Source of the DNA: Eubacteriales bacterium
Lineage (GTDB): Bacteria > Bacillota > Clostridia > Oscillospirales > CAG-272
DNA: 64,000 bases
Direction of reading: 5' to 3'
Assembly: GCA_045658965.1 (NCBI GenBank)
Contig: JAZOVZ010000078.1
Span: 1,252 to 65,251 of the forward strand
Shown here: positions 17,853 through 26,236 of the stretch, piece after piece
Numbering within the stretch: the first letter of the stretch is position 1
How the letters are laid out: each line of letters starts with the position of its first letter
The notes under the pieces: model-generated
Seen by the model: the letters and a program-made list of their open reading frames with translations, nothing else
Databases searched by the model: none
What the model was told of the DNA's origin: nothing
Position numbers and translations under genes: made by a program

Positions 17853-17942
17853 CCATACAATCCCCACTTTCCTCTTTGATTCTATCTTTACATTTCGTCC
17901 TATCCGTGGTATAATATAAAAAACCCTGAAAGGCGGTACACC
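17853..17942 (+). repeat. promoter/5'UTR module, copy 2 (TTTACA-N17-TGGTATAAT at 17887-17915)
   Basis: Direct repeat of 17196-17286, immediately upstream of the ATG at 17943. Confidence 0.85.
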
Positions 17943-18638
17943 ATGAAGCTCGGCATTTTTACAGATGCGCACTATTCGTCCGCGCCTCTAACGTGCGAAC
18001 GCAGATACAACAATCAATCCCTGCGCAAGAACAAGGAGGCTTACGCCTATTTTGCCGCCGAGGGATGCGATCTGATCGTGTGCTTAGGTGACCTGACCGG
18101 CTCGGAAGCTACCATGGAGCAGGAGATCAACAATCTTGCAAACATTGCCGCCGTCATGCACAGCACCCCCATTCCCACGGTCTGCTTGATGGGAAATCAC
18201 GACGCCTACGCCTTTGAGCGCGACAAATTCTTTGACATCCTCGGCATTCCCCAAACCGATGAGCTACACATGCAAGACCGCCGACTGCTGTTTTTGGATG
18301 CCTGCTACTCCAAGGACGGCAACCCTTACACCCCCGGCCGCGTGGATTGGAAGGACACGTTCTTCCCCGACGAGGACGGTTTGCGCCAAAAGCTGACCGA
18401 CGCCACCGAGGACACGTACGTCTTTGTACACCAGAACATCGACCCCGCAGCAGATCCCGCTCACAGAATCCATAACGCGGACGCGCTTTTCGCCATGATC
18501 CATCAAAGCGGCTGTGTTAAAACCGTGTTCCAAGGGCACTACCACCCCGGCTGCCGCTCGGAATACCATGGCATTGGCTACATCACCCTTCCTGCCATGT
18601 GCGAAAATGAATTTGCTTATTGGGTGTTTGAGATCTAA
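17943..18638 (+). CDS. metallophosphoesterase family protein
   Basis: Calcineurin-like motifs: DAH (FTDAHY), GDLTG, GNHD and a late GHYH. Confidence 0.85.
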   Translation: MKLGIFTDAHYSSAPLTCERRYNNQSLRKNKEAYAYFAAEGCDLIVCLGDLTGSEATMEQEINNLANIAAVMHSTPIPTVCLMGNHDAYAFERDKFFDILGIPQTDELHMQDRRLLFLDACYSKDGNPYTPGRVDWKDTFFPDEDGLRQKLTDATEDTYVFVHQNIDPAADPAHRIHNADALFAMIHQSGCVKTVFQGHYHPGCRSEYHGIGYITLPAMCENEFAYWVFEI

Positions 18639-18662
18639 ATCCAATCAAAAAGAGGTATCAAT

Positions 18663-19472
18663 ATGCGCCATACGTACACCAAAACCGAAATTCTCGCACA
18701 GCTTGCTGCGCTGAATCTTCCCCGCGACCGCGTCGTTCTCATGCACTCCTCTCTGCGCCTTATCGGGCAGATCGAGGGCGGTGCTAAGACGCTGCTTGAC
18801 GCGCTGATCGAGCATTTCACCGCAGACGGCGGTCTTTTCTGCGTGCCCACGCACACTTGGGCAAATCTTTCCAAAGATATTGTGCTGGACGTTTCCGATC
18901 CGCACACCTGCCTTGGTGCGTTCTCCGATTTTACGCTTTCCGACGGGCGCGGCATCCGCACCGAGAACCCCACCCATTCCATGGTGGTGTTTGGCGAGCG
19001 CGAAAAAGCCGAGGCGTTTGTGGCGGGCGAGATCGACGTGATCTCGGGTACTGCGCCCGAAAGCTGCTACGGCAAGATATACGAGATGGGCGGCTTCGTG
19101 CTGCTGGTGGGCACGTCGCACGCGCGCAACACCTATTTGCACGCGGTGGACGAGATGCTGCAGATCCCCAACCGCATCACCGACGACACGACCGAGGTCA
19201 AGATCAAGCGCGCATCGGGCGAGGTAGTCACGAGATGCGTCAAGCGTCACAGTTGCACCTTTACCAATGACATTTCGGCACGTTTTCCCCAATTTGAGAC
19301 CGCATTCCGTTACCACGGTGCCATCACCGACGGTCGTATCGGCGACGCGCCCGTGCAGGCGTGCGACGCGCGCATCATGAAGCAGGTCATGGAAACGATT
19401 TTCGCCCGCGCGGACCGCGATCCCCTTTCGGACGAGGCGGCATTGTCGCCCGTTTGGTACGTAAATCAATAA
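18663..19472 (+). CDS. aminoglycoside N(3)-acetyltransferase family (AAC(3)-like) protein
   Basis: 269 aa. N-terminal LMHSSLRLIG...GGAKTLLDAL and PTHTW motifs are typical of the Antibiotic_NAT fold. The substrate is not inferable. Confidence 0.8.
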   Translation: MRHTYTKTEILAQLAALNLPRDRVVLMHSSLRLIGQIEGGAKTLLDALIEHFTADGGLFCVPTHTWANLSKDIVLDVSDPHTCLGAFSDFTLSDGRGIRTENPTHSMVVFGEREKAEAFVAGEIDVISGTAPESCYGKIYEMGGFVLLVGTSHARNTYLHAVDEMLQIPNRITDDTTEVKIKRASGEVVTRCVKRHSCTFTNDISARFPQFETAFRYHGAITDGRIGDAPVQACDARIMKQVMETIFARADRDPLSDEAALSPVWYVNQ

Positions 19473-19476
19473 TGCA

Positions 19477-19525
19477 AATAAACAGCTCCCGATGGATTTC
19501 GAATCTATCGGGAGCGTTGTTTATT
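19477..19525. terminator. bidirectional terminator between convergent genes
   Basis: AAACAGCTCCCGAT...ATCGGGAGCgTTGTTT long stem flanked by A and T runs. Confidence 0.75.
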
Positions 19526-19970
19526 TAATTTTTCTCACACGCACATCATTCAATATATCATTGTGCTGCTTGCAGAACAATTCGGGCACATTGTCCAATC
19601 CGAAATATTTGAGCTCCATCGTTTCTTGTTGATCGCAAAAGAGTTCTCCTCCTGTTGCTGTAAGCTCATATGCAATCAATATGCTTTGGAATTTGTCTCC
19701 ATTGCGGCATTCCACGTCAAAATCCGTGTATATCCCGATCAATTCTCCGACCTCAACGTCCAAACCGGTTTCTTCCTTGACCTCGCGCACGGCTGCCATT
19801 TGCGGCGTCTCGCCCAATTCGACAGTGCCACCGGGAAAGCCCCATTGATCACAATCGCCACGACGCTGCAGCAGCACCTCTCCATCACTGTTGAAAATGC
19901 AACCACCCGCGTGCACCAACATGATTTTCTCATGTCCGACTTTACTTCTAATCCACTGAATGTAATTCAT
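19521..19970 (-). CDS. NUDIX hydrolase
   Basis: Nudix box [27 protein letters not shown]. Confidence 0.9.
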   Translation of the reverse strand: MNYIQWIRSKVGHEKIMLVHAGGCIFNSDGEVLLQRRGDCDQWGFPGGTVELGETPQMAAVREVKEETGLDVEVGELIGIYTDFDVECRNGDKFQSILIAYELTATGGELFCDQQETMELKYFGLDNVPELFCKQHNDILNDVRVRKIK

Positions 19971-19973
19971 ATT

Positions 19974-20792
19974 TTACCTCATTTCATCATCCGCCGTATA
20001 AAAGCAATCAAATTGCCATCTGATCGGGTTTTCGTAAATGTATTTGGCGATTTGTTCATAATCCTCGCGGTTGCGGATAATGTGGTCGTGGAATCCACGT
20101 TGCCATATGGTTGAATCTCCAAATCGTTTGTGAATCTCTTTCGAGGCATTCATTTTGATATATCCAACCATTTTCGAAATCACTGATCGACCACGTAGGG
20201 GCGATTCACGAATCGCCCGCGCATCCATGGTATCCGTAATCACAATAATCAAATGAATATGATTGGGCATAATTACATAACTATCCACAAAAGCAGAATA
20301 ATTATCGGGAATATGGCTTATTACCCCGGCAATAATTTTCCCGTATTCGGTTAATTGAATGGGGGATTCTTGTGTTGTCCCAACAACATGAAGGGCGACA
20401 TTCTCCGCGGGCGATTCGTGAATCGCCCCTACGGCGTTGTGGGGATTGGTTTCGGCGGGCGATTCGTGAATCGCCCCTACGGTGTTGCGAGGATTGGTTT
20501 CCGCGGGCGATTCGTGAATCGCCCCTACGGCGTTGCGGGGATTGGTTTCGGCGGGCGATTCGTGAATCGCCCCTACGGTGTTGTGGGGATTGGTTTCGGC
20601 GGGCGATTCGTGAATCGCCCCTACGGTGTTGCGGGGATTGGTTTCCGCGGGCGATTCGTGAATCGCCCCTACAACACGCGATAGGGTGCATTTTTTTCGA
20701 TGCGTACATATGGTAATGAAATACGCTCCCGGGCTGCTATAATCGAAATCCTTAAGACGTAATCTTTTACGGATCGGCAATTTGTTCTCCAT
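19974..20792 (-). CDS. REP-associated tyrosine transposase-like (IS200/Y1 HUH family) protein with an internal 6x16-aa tandem insertion
   Basis: N-terminal FDYSSPGAYFITICT, HUH motif MPNHIHLII and C-terminal YIYENP tyrosine motif. VGAIHESPAETNP(R/H)N(T/A) is repeated six times in frame. Confidence 0.8.
   Translation of the reverse strand: MENKLPIRKRLRLKDFDYSSPGAYFITICTHRKKCTLSRVVGAIHESPAETNPRNTVGAIHESPAETNPHNTVGAIHESPAETNPRNAVGAIHESPAETNPRNTVGAIHESPAETNPHNAVGAIHESPAENVALHVVGTTQESPIQLTEYGKIIAGVISHIPDNYSAFVDSYVIMPNHIHLIIVITDTMDARAIRESPLRGRSVISKMVGYIKMNASKEIHKRFGDSTIWQRGFHDHIIRNREDYEQIAKYIYENPIRWQFDCFYTADDEMR
20195..20220. repeat. REP-like palindrome inside the RAYT-like gene
   Basis: GTAGGGGCGATTCacGAATCGCCCGC, with 8-bp arms GGCGATTC/GAATCGCC. 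It encodes AIRESPL on the minus strand. Confidence 0.8.
20404..20671. repeat. 48-bp tandem repeat, 6 copies, each containing a REP-like palindrome GGGCGATTCgtGAATCGCCCCTAC
   Basis: Palindromes start at about 20409, 20457, 20505, 20553, 20601 and 20649, an exact 48-nt period. They lie in frame within the CDS. Confidence 0.95.
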
Positions 20793-20796
20793 TTGC

Positions 20797-22062
20797 TCAC
20801 CCTTTAATCAACCGATACTCCACCGTAAACGCCTCGTCGTTGGCGTTCTGGATGCGGTACAGGACGGCGTCGCCCTTATCAAGGGTGACCTCGATGCGGT
20901 CGGTGCTATCGGCTACGACGTACTGGCAGCCGTCCACTTTAGACACCTCGTACAGGCGGTAACTGCCATTCAGGGGCAGACTAAACGATTGCGCGAGCTC
21001 ATAATCGCGGTTGAGGATCATGATATAGCCGTTGCCGTAATCGTCCTCAAACTCGGCAACCGATACGCGCTTGGGCAATTTATCCGCCAGGTACGCGCTG
21101 TCCTTCTCGGTCTGATGCATTTCTGTAAACGCCGCAAAACCCGTGTCAAGGGTTTGGTCGTGTATGACGCGCCTCGACGAGAGTGCCATCAGCGTGCCGC
21201 CCAGGTTGCGGAACTCCTCGTGGATGACCTTCTGATCCTCAAACGACCATTCCTTATTGCCGTCCTGATCGATGATCGAGCCCACCGCCGAGAAATGCTG
21301 CAACGCCTTGCATCCGTACAGGGTGGCGGCATACATCATGCTGCGGATCATGGGGAAGGTGAAATACCCCGCCTTATGCAGATCCACGCCCTGATAGTAA
21401 AACCACAAGGGCAGCCCGTACTTCTCGCCTAAGAACTTCATACAGCCAAGGTCAAGCCACATTTTGGAGTCGTCCAACTGCTTTTCAAGTGTGTAGCCCG
21501 GCAAGCCCACGGGATAATAATCCAGCGACAGAATGGGCGGGTTGATGGTGGTTACGTACCGCTCGAGGTAAGCGGCAAACGTGCCGCTCTCCCATGTGTC
21601 GTCGGGGTTATAGCTGGGAATCGCTACCGTAAAGGGCAACAGATCGGGGGCTTCGCGCTCGCACTCATCGGTCAAGGCCCGCGCCGCCTCCAGCTGGTCA
21701 TCCTTCCACGGCTCATCCCAAATGTAATAGCCGATCAATCTCTTATACGCGCGCTTTTCGCGAATGACCTCGGACAAGGCATCGCTCTCGCAACGGCGAT
21801 ACTGCTGCATGCCGCCGTAGCGCGAAAGGTCTTGGAAAATGAGATCCAGCCCCTCCTGCTCGCAGTAAATGACCGCCTCGTCCGCCTGCTCGTGCGTTGC
21901 CCAGCCTATCTCAACCGTATTAAAGCCCGCGTCCTTGCAGTTGCGCAGGCACTTGCGCATATCACCCGCACGCGCAGAGAAATTAGAAAGGATGAAATGA
22001 TCCTGCTTCCATGCGCGGCTCTTGTTTCCAAGCGGATATCTTGCAAAAATTTTATGTTCCAT
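20797..22062 (-). CDS. TIM-barrel glycoside-hydrolase-like protein (clan GH-A-like, family uncertain)
   Basis: 421 aa with NTVEIGW and YYIWDEPW (candidate acid/base Glu in a DEP/NEP-type motif). Last gene of the GRE operon. Confidence 0.55.
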   Translation of the reverse strand: MEHKIFARYPLGNKSRAWKQDHFILSNFSARAGDMRKCLRNCKDAGFNTVEIGWATHEQADEAVIYCEQEGLDLIFQDLSRYGGMQQYRRCESDALSEVIREKRAYKRLIGYYIWDEPWKDDQLEAARALTDECEREAPDLLPFTVAIPSYNPDDTWESGTFAAYLERYVTTINPPILSLDYYPVGLPGYTLEKQLDDSKMWLDLGCMKFLGEKYGLPLWFYYQGVDLHKAGYFTFPMIRSMMYAATLYGCKALQHFSAVGSIIDQDGNKEWSFEDQKVIHEEFRNLGGTLMALSSRRVIHDQTLDTGFAAFTEMHQTEKDSAYLADKLPKRVSVAEFEDDYGNGYIMILNRDYELAQSFSLPLNGSYRLYEVSKVDGCQYVVADSTDRIEVTLDKGDAVLYRIQNANDEAFTVEYRLIKG

Positions 22063-22071
22063 AAATCCCCT

Positions 22072-23169
22072 TTACTCCTTGACCAACAGCGTTTTGACGT
22101 TGTTGCCCGACATGGCGTCCTCAATTGCCTTGTTGACGTCCGCTACCGCATAGCGGCTGCCAAGAGATACAATGGTCTCGTGGCACTCGGGGTGCGCGCA
22201 AAGGAACTGCAAATAATCCTTGACGTCTACCATGGAATACTGCGACGAGCCAATGATGTGCAACGCCTTGAAGGTGATGATCTGCGGCTGGATCTCGATG
22301 CCGCCGCTGTTGCTGTACTGTCCGGGGATGAGATATACACCGCGATTGCGCAGAATATCCATGCCCTGTGCTACCGCTGCGGGCGCACCGGATGCTTCAA
22401 AGCAAAGGTCTACCCCAAGACCGTTATTTTCAGATTGCAGCTTCTTTGTAACGGCATCCTTGCCGTCACGCGTGATGTTGAGCACCTCATCCGCACCCAG
22501 CGCAAGTGCAAGCGCTTCTCTTTGCGCGTTCTCTCCTGCCGTGATGGCATATACCTTTTTCACGCCCATCGCCTTGAGATACAGCACGGCAAAGCAGCCC
22601 ACGGGTCCAAGACCCTGCACTACGGCTACCGTGTTACCATGCAGCTTGACGCCTGCTTGACCGGCAAGACGGAAGGCATGAATGGCGGTAGGTCCGGGGC
22701 AAGCAAAGGTGGCAACCATGGCGGGATCCAGCTCCGCGGGGATCTTGACCAGATTGGAAAGAGGCGTGTAATTGACCTCGGTATAGCCACCGTACATGTA
22801 AGGCGCAACCTCAACGCTGCCGCCGTTGGTCACCTGCATATTCACGCAGTTGGCGTCATCGCCCTCGCGGCACAAAAGGCACTCACCGCAGGGCACGGCA
22901 ATATCCGCGATGACGTTGTCGCCCGCGCAAAGTCCGTACGCCGCTGCCTCGGCTGCGTCACAATCCACCAGTCTGCCCACAAATTCGTGCCCGACAATGG
23001 TCATGGGGTCAACGTAAAGCGTACCGCGGCAAAAATGCAGGTCGGTACCGCAAATGCCGCTGGCGATCAACGAGCATCTGCCATAGCCCGAGGGCGTTTC
23101 GGTCACTTCAAATTCTCTTACCTCAAAGGGCTTGTGCGGGCCCATAAATACTGCTGCTTTGACTTTCAT
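22072..23169 (-). CDS. zinc-dependent alcohol dehydrogenase (MDR family)
   Basis: GICGTDLH zinc motif, structural CGECLLCREGDDANC, and GLGPVG Rossmann motif. GAGGTG RBS before MKVKAAV. Confidence 0.9.
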   Translation of the reverse strand: MKVKAAVFMGPHKPFEVREFEVTETPSGYGRCSLIASGICGTDLHFCRGTLYVDPMTIVGHEFVGRLVDCDAAEAAAYGLCAGDNVIADIAVPCGECLLCREGDDANCVNMQVTNGGSVEVAPYMYGGYTEVNYTPLSNLVKIPAELDPAMVATFACPGPTAIHAFRLAGQAGVKLHGNTVAVVQGLGPVGCFAVLYLKAMGVKKVYAITAGENAQREALALALGADEVLNITRDGKDAVTKKLQSENNGLGVDLCFEASGAPAAVAQGMDILRNRGVYLIPGQYSNSGGIEIQPQIITFKALHIIGSSQYSMVDVKDYLQFLCAHPECHETIVSLGSRYAVADVNKAIEDAMSGNNVKTLLVKE

Positions 23170-23180
23170 AATACACCTCA

Positions 23181-23951
23181 TTAACGTTCAATTTTGACTG
23201 CAAAATACTGCTTATACATGCTTTCAATACGGGCAATTTCCTCCTGCGAGAGCGGCTGCACGTCGGCATACGCGTAAGACAGCCCCATTGCCTCGTATTT
23301 GCCTATCCCCATGCGGTGAAAGGGCAAAAGATCGACTGTTTCCACGCTCGCCGCACGCAGCTGCGCGCACATGTCCGTGCATTGCTCATTTGACGTATTG
23401 ACGCCGGGGATGAGCGGAATTCTGACGCGCACGCGCGCGCCACTTTTGATCAGGCGGCACAAATTATCATAGATCAGCTCGGCATTGCCGCCAAACTGCG
23501 CATATGCCGCGCCATCGGGGATCTTATAATCAAAGTAAAAGGCGTCTGCCGCGTCCATAACGGCGGCAAAGCTCTCCCACGGCACGCTTCCCGCCGTGTC
23601 TATGACGGTCGGCACACCCCGCTTGCCAAGCTCCCTTGCAAGCTCTGCAACACCGTGCGCCTGCAACAGCGGCTCACCGCCGCTGATTGTGACACCGCCA
23701 CCGCTTGCGCGGTAAAAATCCTCGTCCTCCATCAGCTCCCGGGTCAACTGCTCCACACTCATACGCGTGCCGTACTTGCGCACCTGATCTGCGCCCTTGA
23801 AGTACAGAGTCTGTGGCAGGGGCGAGACGGTTTCGGGGTTATGACACCACGGACAGCGCAGATTGCACCCCTTTAAGAACACCGTGGTGCGGATGCCGGG
23901 GCCGTCCCCCGTTGAAAAATGTTGCACGTTGGATACGATCAGCTCTGCCAT
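23181..23951 (-). CDS. glycyl-radical enzyme activating protein (radical SAM, PflA-like, no ferredoxin insert)
   Basis: CNLRCPWCHN (CxxxCxxC) near the N-terminus, GGVTISGGEPLL, 256 aa. No additional Cys-rich cluster motifs were seen. Confidence 0.9.
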   Translation of the reverse strand: MAELIVSNVQHFSTGDGPGIRTTVFLKGCNLRCPWCHNPETVSPLPQTLYFKGADQVRKYGTRMSVEQLTRELMEDEDFYRASGGGVTISGGEPLLQAHGVAELARELGKRGVPTVIDTAGSVPWESFAAVMDAADAFYFDYKIPDGAAYAQFGGNAELIYDNLCRLIKSGARVRVRIPLIPGVNTSNEQCTDMCAQLRAASVETVDLLPFHRMGIGKYEAMGLSYAYADVQPLSQEEIARIESMYKQYFAVKIER

Positions 23952-23954
23952 ACC

Positions 23955-26084
23955 TTACCCCTGCTGCGTTCTGCGCAGAATATCCTCTTGCACTTCCCTG
24001 CCGAGCGTAACGTAAAACGCGGAAAAGCCCGAAACGCGCACCACCAGCGAGGCATACTGCTCGGGGTGCTCCATTGCGTCACGCAGCACCTCGGCAGAGG
24101 TGGCGTTGATCTGAATCTCCTGCCCGCCCTTGGCAAAATATACGCGGATCAGCTGCAACAGCTTTTCTCTGTTGCCGTCCTCAAACATGGCGGGCGAATA
24201 TTTTTGGTTGACCACCGTGCCGCAGGCACAGCGCGTATAATCCGGCTTGGCAACGCTTTGCAGCGTGGAGGTCGCGCCCTTGATATCGCGTCCGTAGGTG
24301 GGAGATGCCGCATCCGACAAAGGCTCGCCCGCGCGTCTGCCGTCGGGCGTTGCACCGATCTGCATGCCTGCCCAGATATTGCTGGTATTTGCCGCCATAG
24401 CGGTATAGATACCGCCGCCGTCACGCGTGCTATACTGATCAAACTGATCGGGCAGATACGAGGTGAACCACACCGCGTACTTATCTACAAAGGAATCATT
24501 GTTGCCGTATTTGGGTGCTGCCAGCAGCAGCGCGCGCAGCTGCTCGTACCCTTCAAAATTACATTTCAACGCCTCTGCCAGCTCTTCAAGCGTTGCGCTC
24601 TTGTCGCAAAATACCACCTTTTCAATAGCGGCAAGCGAATCGCTCATAGTGCCAACGCCCATCAGTGCCGCACCGTGCACCGACGGATAGCGGCTGCCGC
24701 CCATGTTGATATCGCGTCCACGCGCGATGCAATCGCGGCAGAAGCAGGATAAGAAGGGCGAGGTGTAATGCTCGGGGTCGGCAATGTCGTTATAGGCGCG
24801 GAAGCCCTGCACGTATTCCTTGACGCCGTGCGCAAGCTGCACCTCGAGATTTTGCATGAACTGCTCCATGGTCGCAATCTCGCCAAGCGGTGCTGTCACA
24901 AGTCCCTTGCGACCCTTATCGTAGCCCTCACCGTCAAAGAGCACGTACTCCAAAAAGCGCGGGGTATCAAAGCGGCCGTCGCTCCAAGGCGGCTGCATGC
25001 CCGTGATAAAATTCTCAATGCAGCCCACCATGCTGTAATTGCGCACGTCGATCTCGTCATATCCATAGCGACGCAGCGCCGCCATATTGACCGTATCGTT
25101 CATCAGCGCGGGATATCCAAGCCCCGTGCCGATGACCTTCAAGCACTCGTCAAGAAAGGCGTCTGGCGTGTCGGGCGTGATGCGTGCCGAGAGGTTGGGA
25201 CCCGGCATATTGATATCTCTGACGGCATACAGAGTCGCGTAGCTCAGCGCATTGACCGCGCATTTTCCGCTCTCATCACAGCCGCCGATACAGATATTGA
25301 CCACGTCGTCGCCGCCAAAATAATAGCGATTCTCACAAATCTTGACCAGCGCGTTTGAGAGCAGTTCTGTTGCGCCCGCTTGGTCGATGACCCCTGCCGC
25401 AGCGTCGCGCAGGTACAGCGGATACAGGTACTGATCGATCCTGCCAAGTGCCATGGCGTACCGCCCCTCGTACAAAAAGCAGGAATGGATCATCCATACC
25501 AGCTGCAGCCCTTGGGCAAAGCTCTCGGGCACACCATCTGCAACCTGCTCGCAGTTTTTGGCGATCTCTGCAAGGCGCGCGTCGTCATAGCCCTGCGTGC
25601 CCAAAAGTGCTCTTGCCTGCCTTGCATACGCGCGCAAACGCTGTTGCAGCGCGTGCAAAGCATGACGCATGCTTGCAAGAAAATCAAGCGCATCGGCATC
25701 GTTTGCGTGCTCTTTCTCGGATGCCTCGATCTGCGCAAGCAGACCGACAATACCTACGCCCAGCACAGTCTCGTAATCGGGCGCAAAATGGTCCTTATTG
25801 GTGCCAAACCAACGCTCGGGATACGCCGCCACCGCCTCGGACGCCTGCGCGATTTGCTCCTCGGTCAGAGGAGTGAACAGCGAGCGTTGACTGCCGACGA
25901 TCAGATCGTTTTGATAGATGTAGGGCGTGGGCTGGGTAAAAAGCGCATAGATCCCGTCGGCGCGTTTGCCTGCGGGCGAGGTACTTGTACCCGTGCGGTA
26001 GCCGATACCGCGGAAATGATCGGGGCAAAATACCCCCAAGGGCCTATTTTGCATCTCTTGCTTGAGTGCTTCGGTCAATCGCAT
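23955..26084 (-). CDS. glycyl radical enzyme (PFL-like fold, eliminase-type Cys loop GCIE)
   Basis: C-terminal glycine-radical motif VVRVSGFSAFYV and catalytic loop MVGCIENF. Start is placed at MRLTEALK behind a GGAGGTG RBS; the track ORF extends to 26162. Confidence 0.9.
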   Translation of the reverse strand: MRLTEALKQEMQNRPLGVFCPDHFRGIGYRTGTSTSPAGKRADGIYALFTQPTPYIYQNDLIVGSQRSLFTPLTEEQIAQASEAVAAYPERWFGTNKDHFAPDYETVLGVGIVGLLAQIEASEKEHANDADALDFLASMRHALHALQQRLRAYARQARALLGTQGYDDARLAEIAKNCEQVADGVPESFAQGLQLVWMIHSCFLYEGRYAMALGRIDQYLYPLYLRDAAAGVIDQAGATELLSNALVKICENRYYFGGDDVVNICIGGCDESGKCAVNALSYATLYAVRDINMPGPNLSARITPDTPDAFLDECLKVIGTGLGYPALMNDTVNMAALRRYGYDEIDVRNYSMVGCIENFITGMQPPWSDGRFDTPRFLEYVLFDGEGYDKGRKGLVTAPLGEIATMEQFMQNLEVQLAHGVKEYVQGFRAYNDIADPEHYTSPFLSCFCRDCIARGRDINMGGSRYPSVHGAALMGVGTMSDSLAAIEKVVFCDKSATLEELAEALKCNFEGYEQLRALLLAAPKYGNNDSFVDKYAVWFTSYLPDQFDQYSTRDGGGIYTAMAANTSNIWAGMQIGATPDGRRAGEPLSDAASPTYGRDIKGATSTLQSVAKPDYTRCACGTVVNQKYSPAMFEDGNREKLLQLIRVYFAKGGQEIQINATSAEVLRDAMEHPEQYASLVVRVSGFSAFYVTLGREVQEDILRRTQQG

Positions 26085-26133
26085 ACGGTCACCTCCGAAT
26101 GCCGCCAATGCTATATGGCGGTGATTTACTTTC

Positions 26134-26162
26134 ATTATATCACAAGGAAATCTGTTTGTCAA
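26134..26162 (-). promoter_or_regulatory. promoter of the GRE operon
   Basis: Minus strand reads TTGACA, 17 nt ending TGA, then TATAAT. Confidence 0.7.
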
Positions 26163-26170
26163 TTTGACTC

Positions 26171-26199
26171 TTTACATTCTTATGCCGCTGTGATATAAT
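26171..26199 (+). promoter_or_regulatory. promoter of 26237->
   Basis: TTTACA, 17 nt ending TGA, then TATAAT. Confidence 0.7.
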
Positions 26200-26236
26200 G
26201 GAAGTAACAAATCTTCACGTGCCATAAGGAGTTTGT

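Noticed and set aside
20404-20671. Possible CRISPR array (regular palindromic repeats)
   Set aside because: The 48-bp units are contiguous with no unique spacers. They lie in frame inside an ORF with conserved flanking transposase motifs, and no cas genes are in the window.
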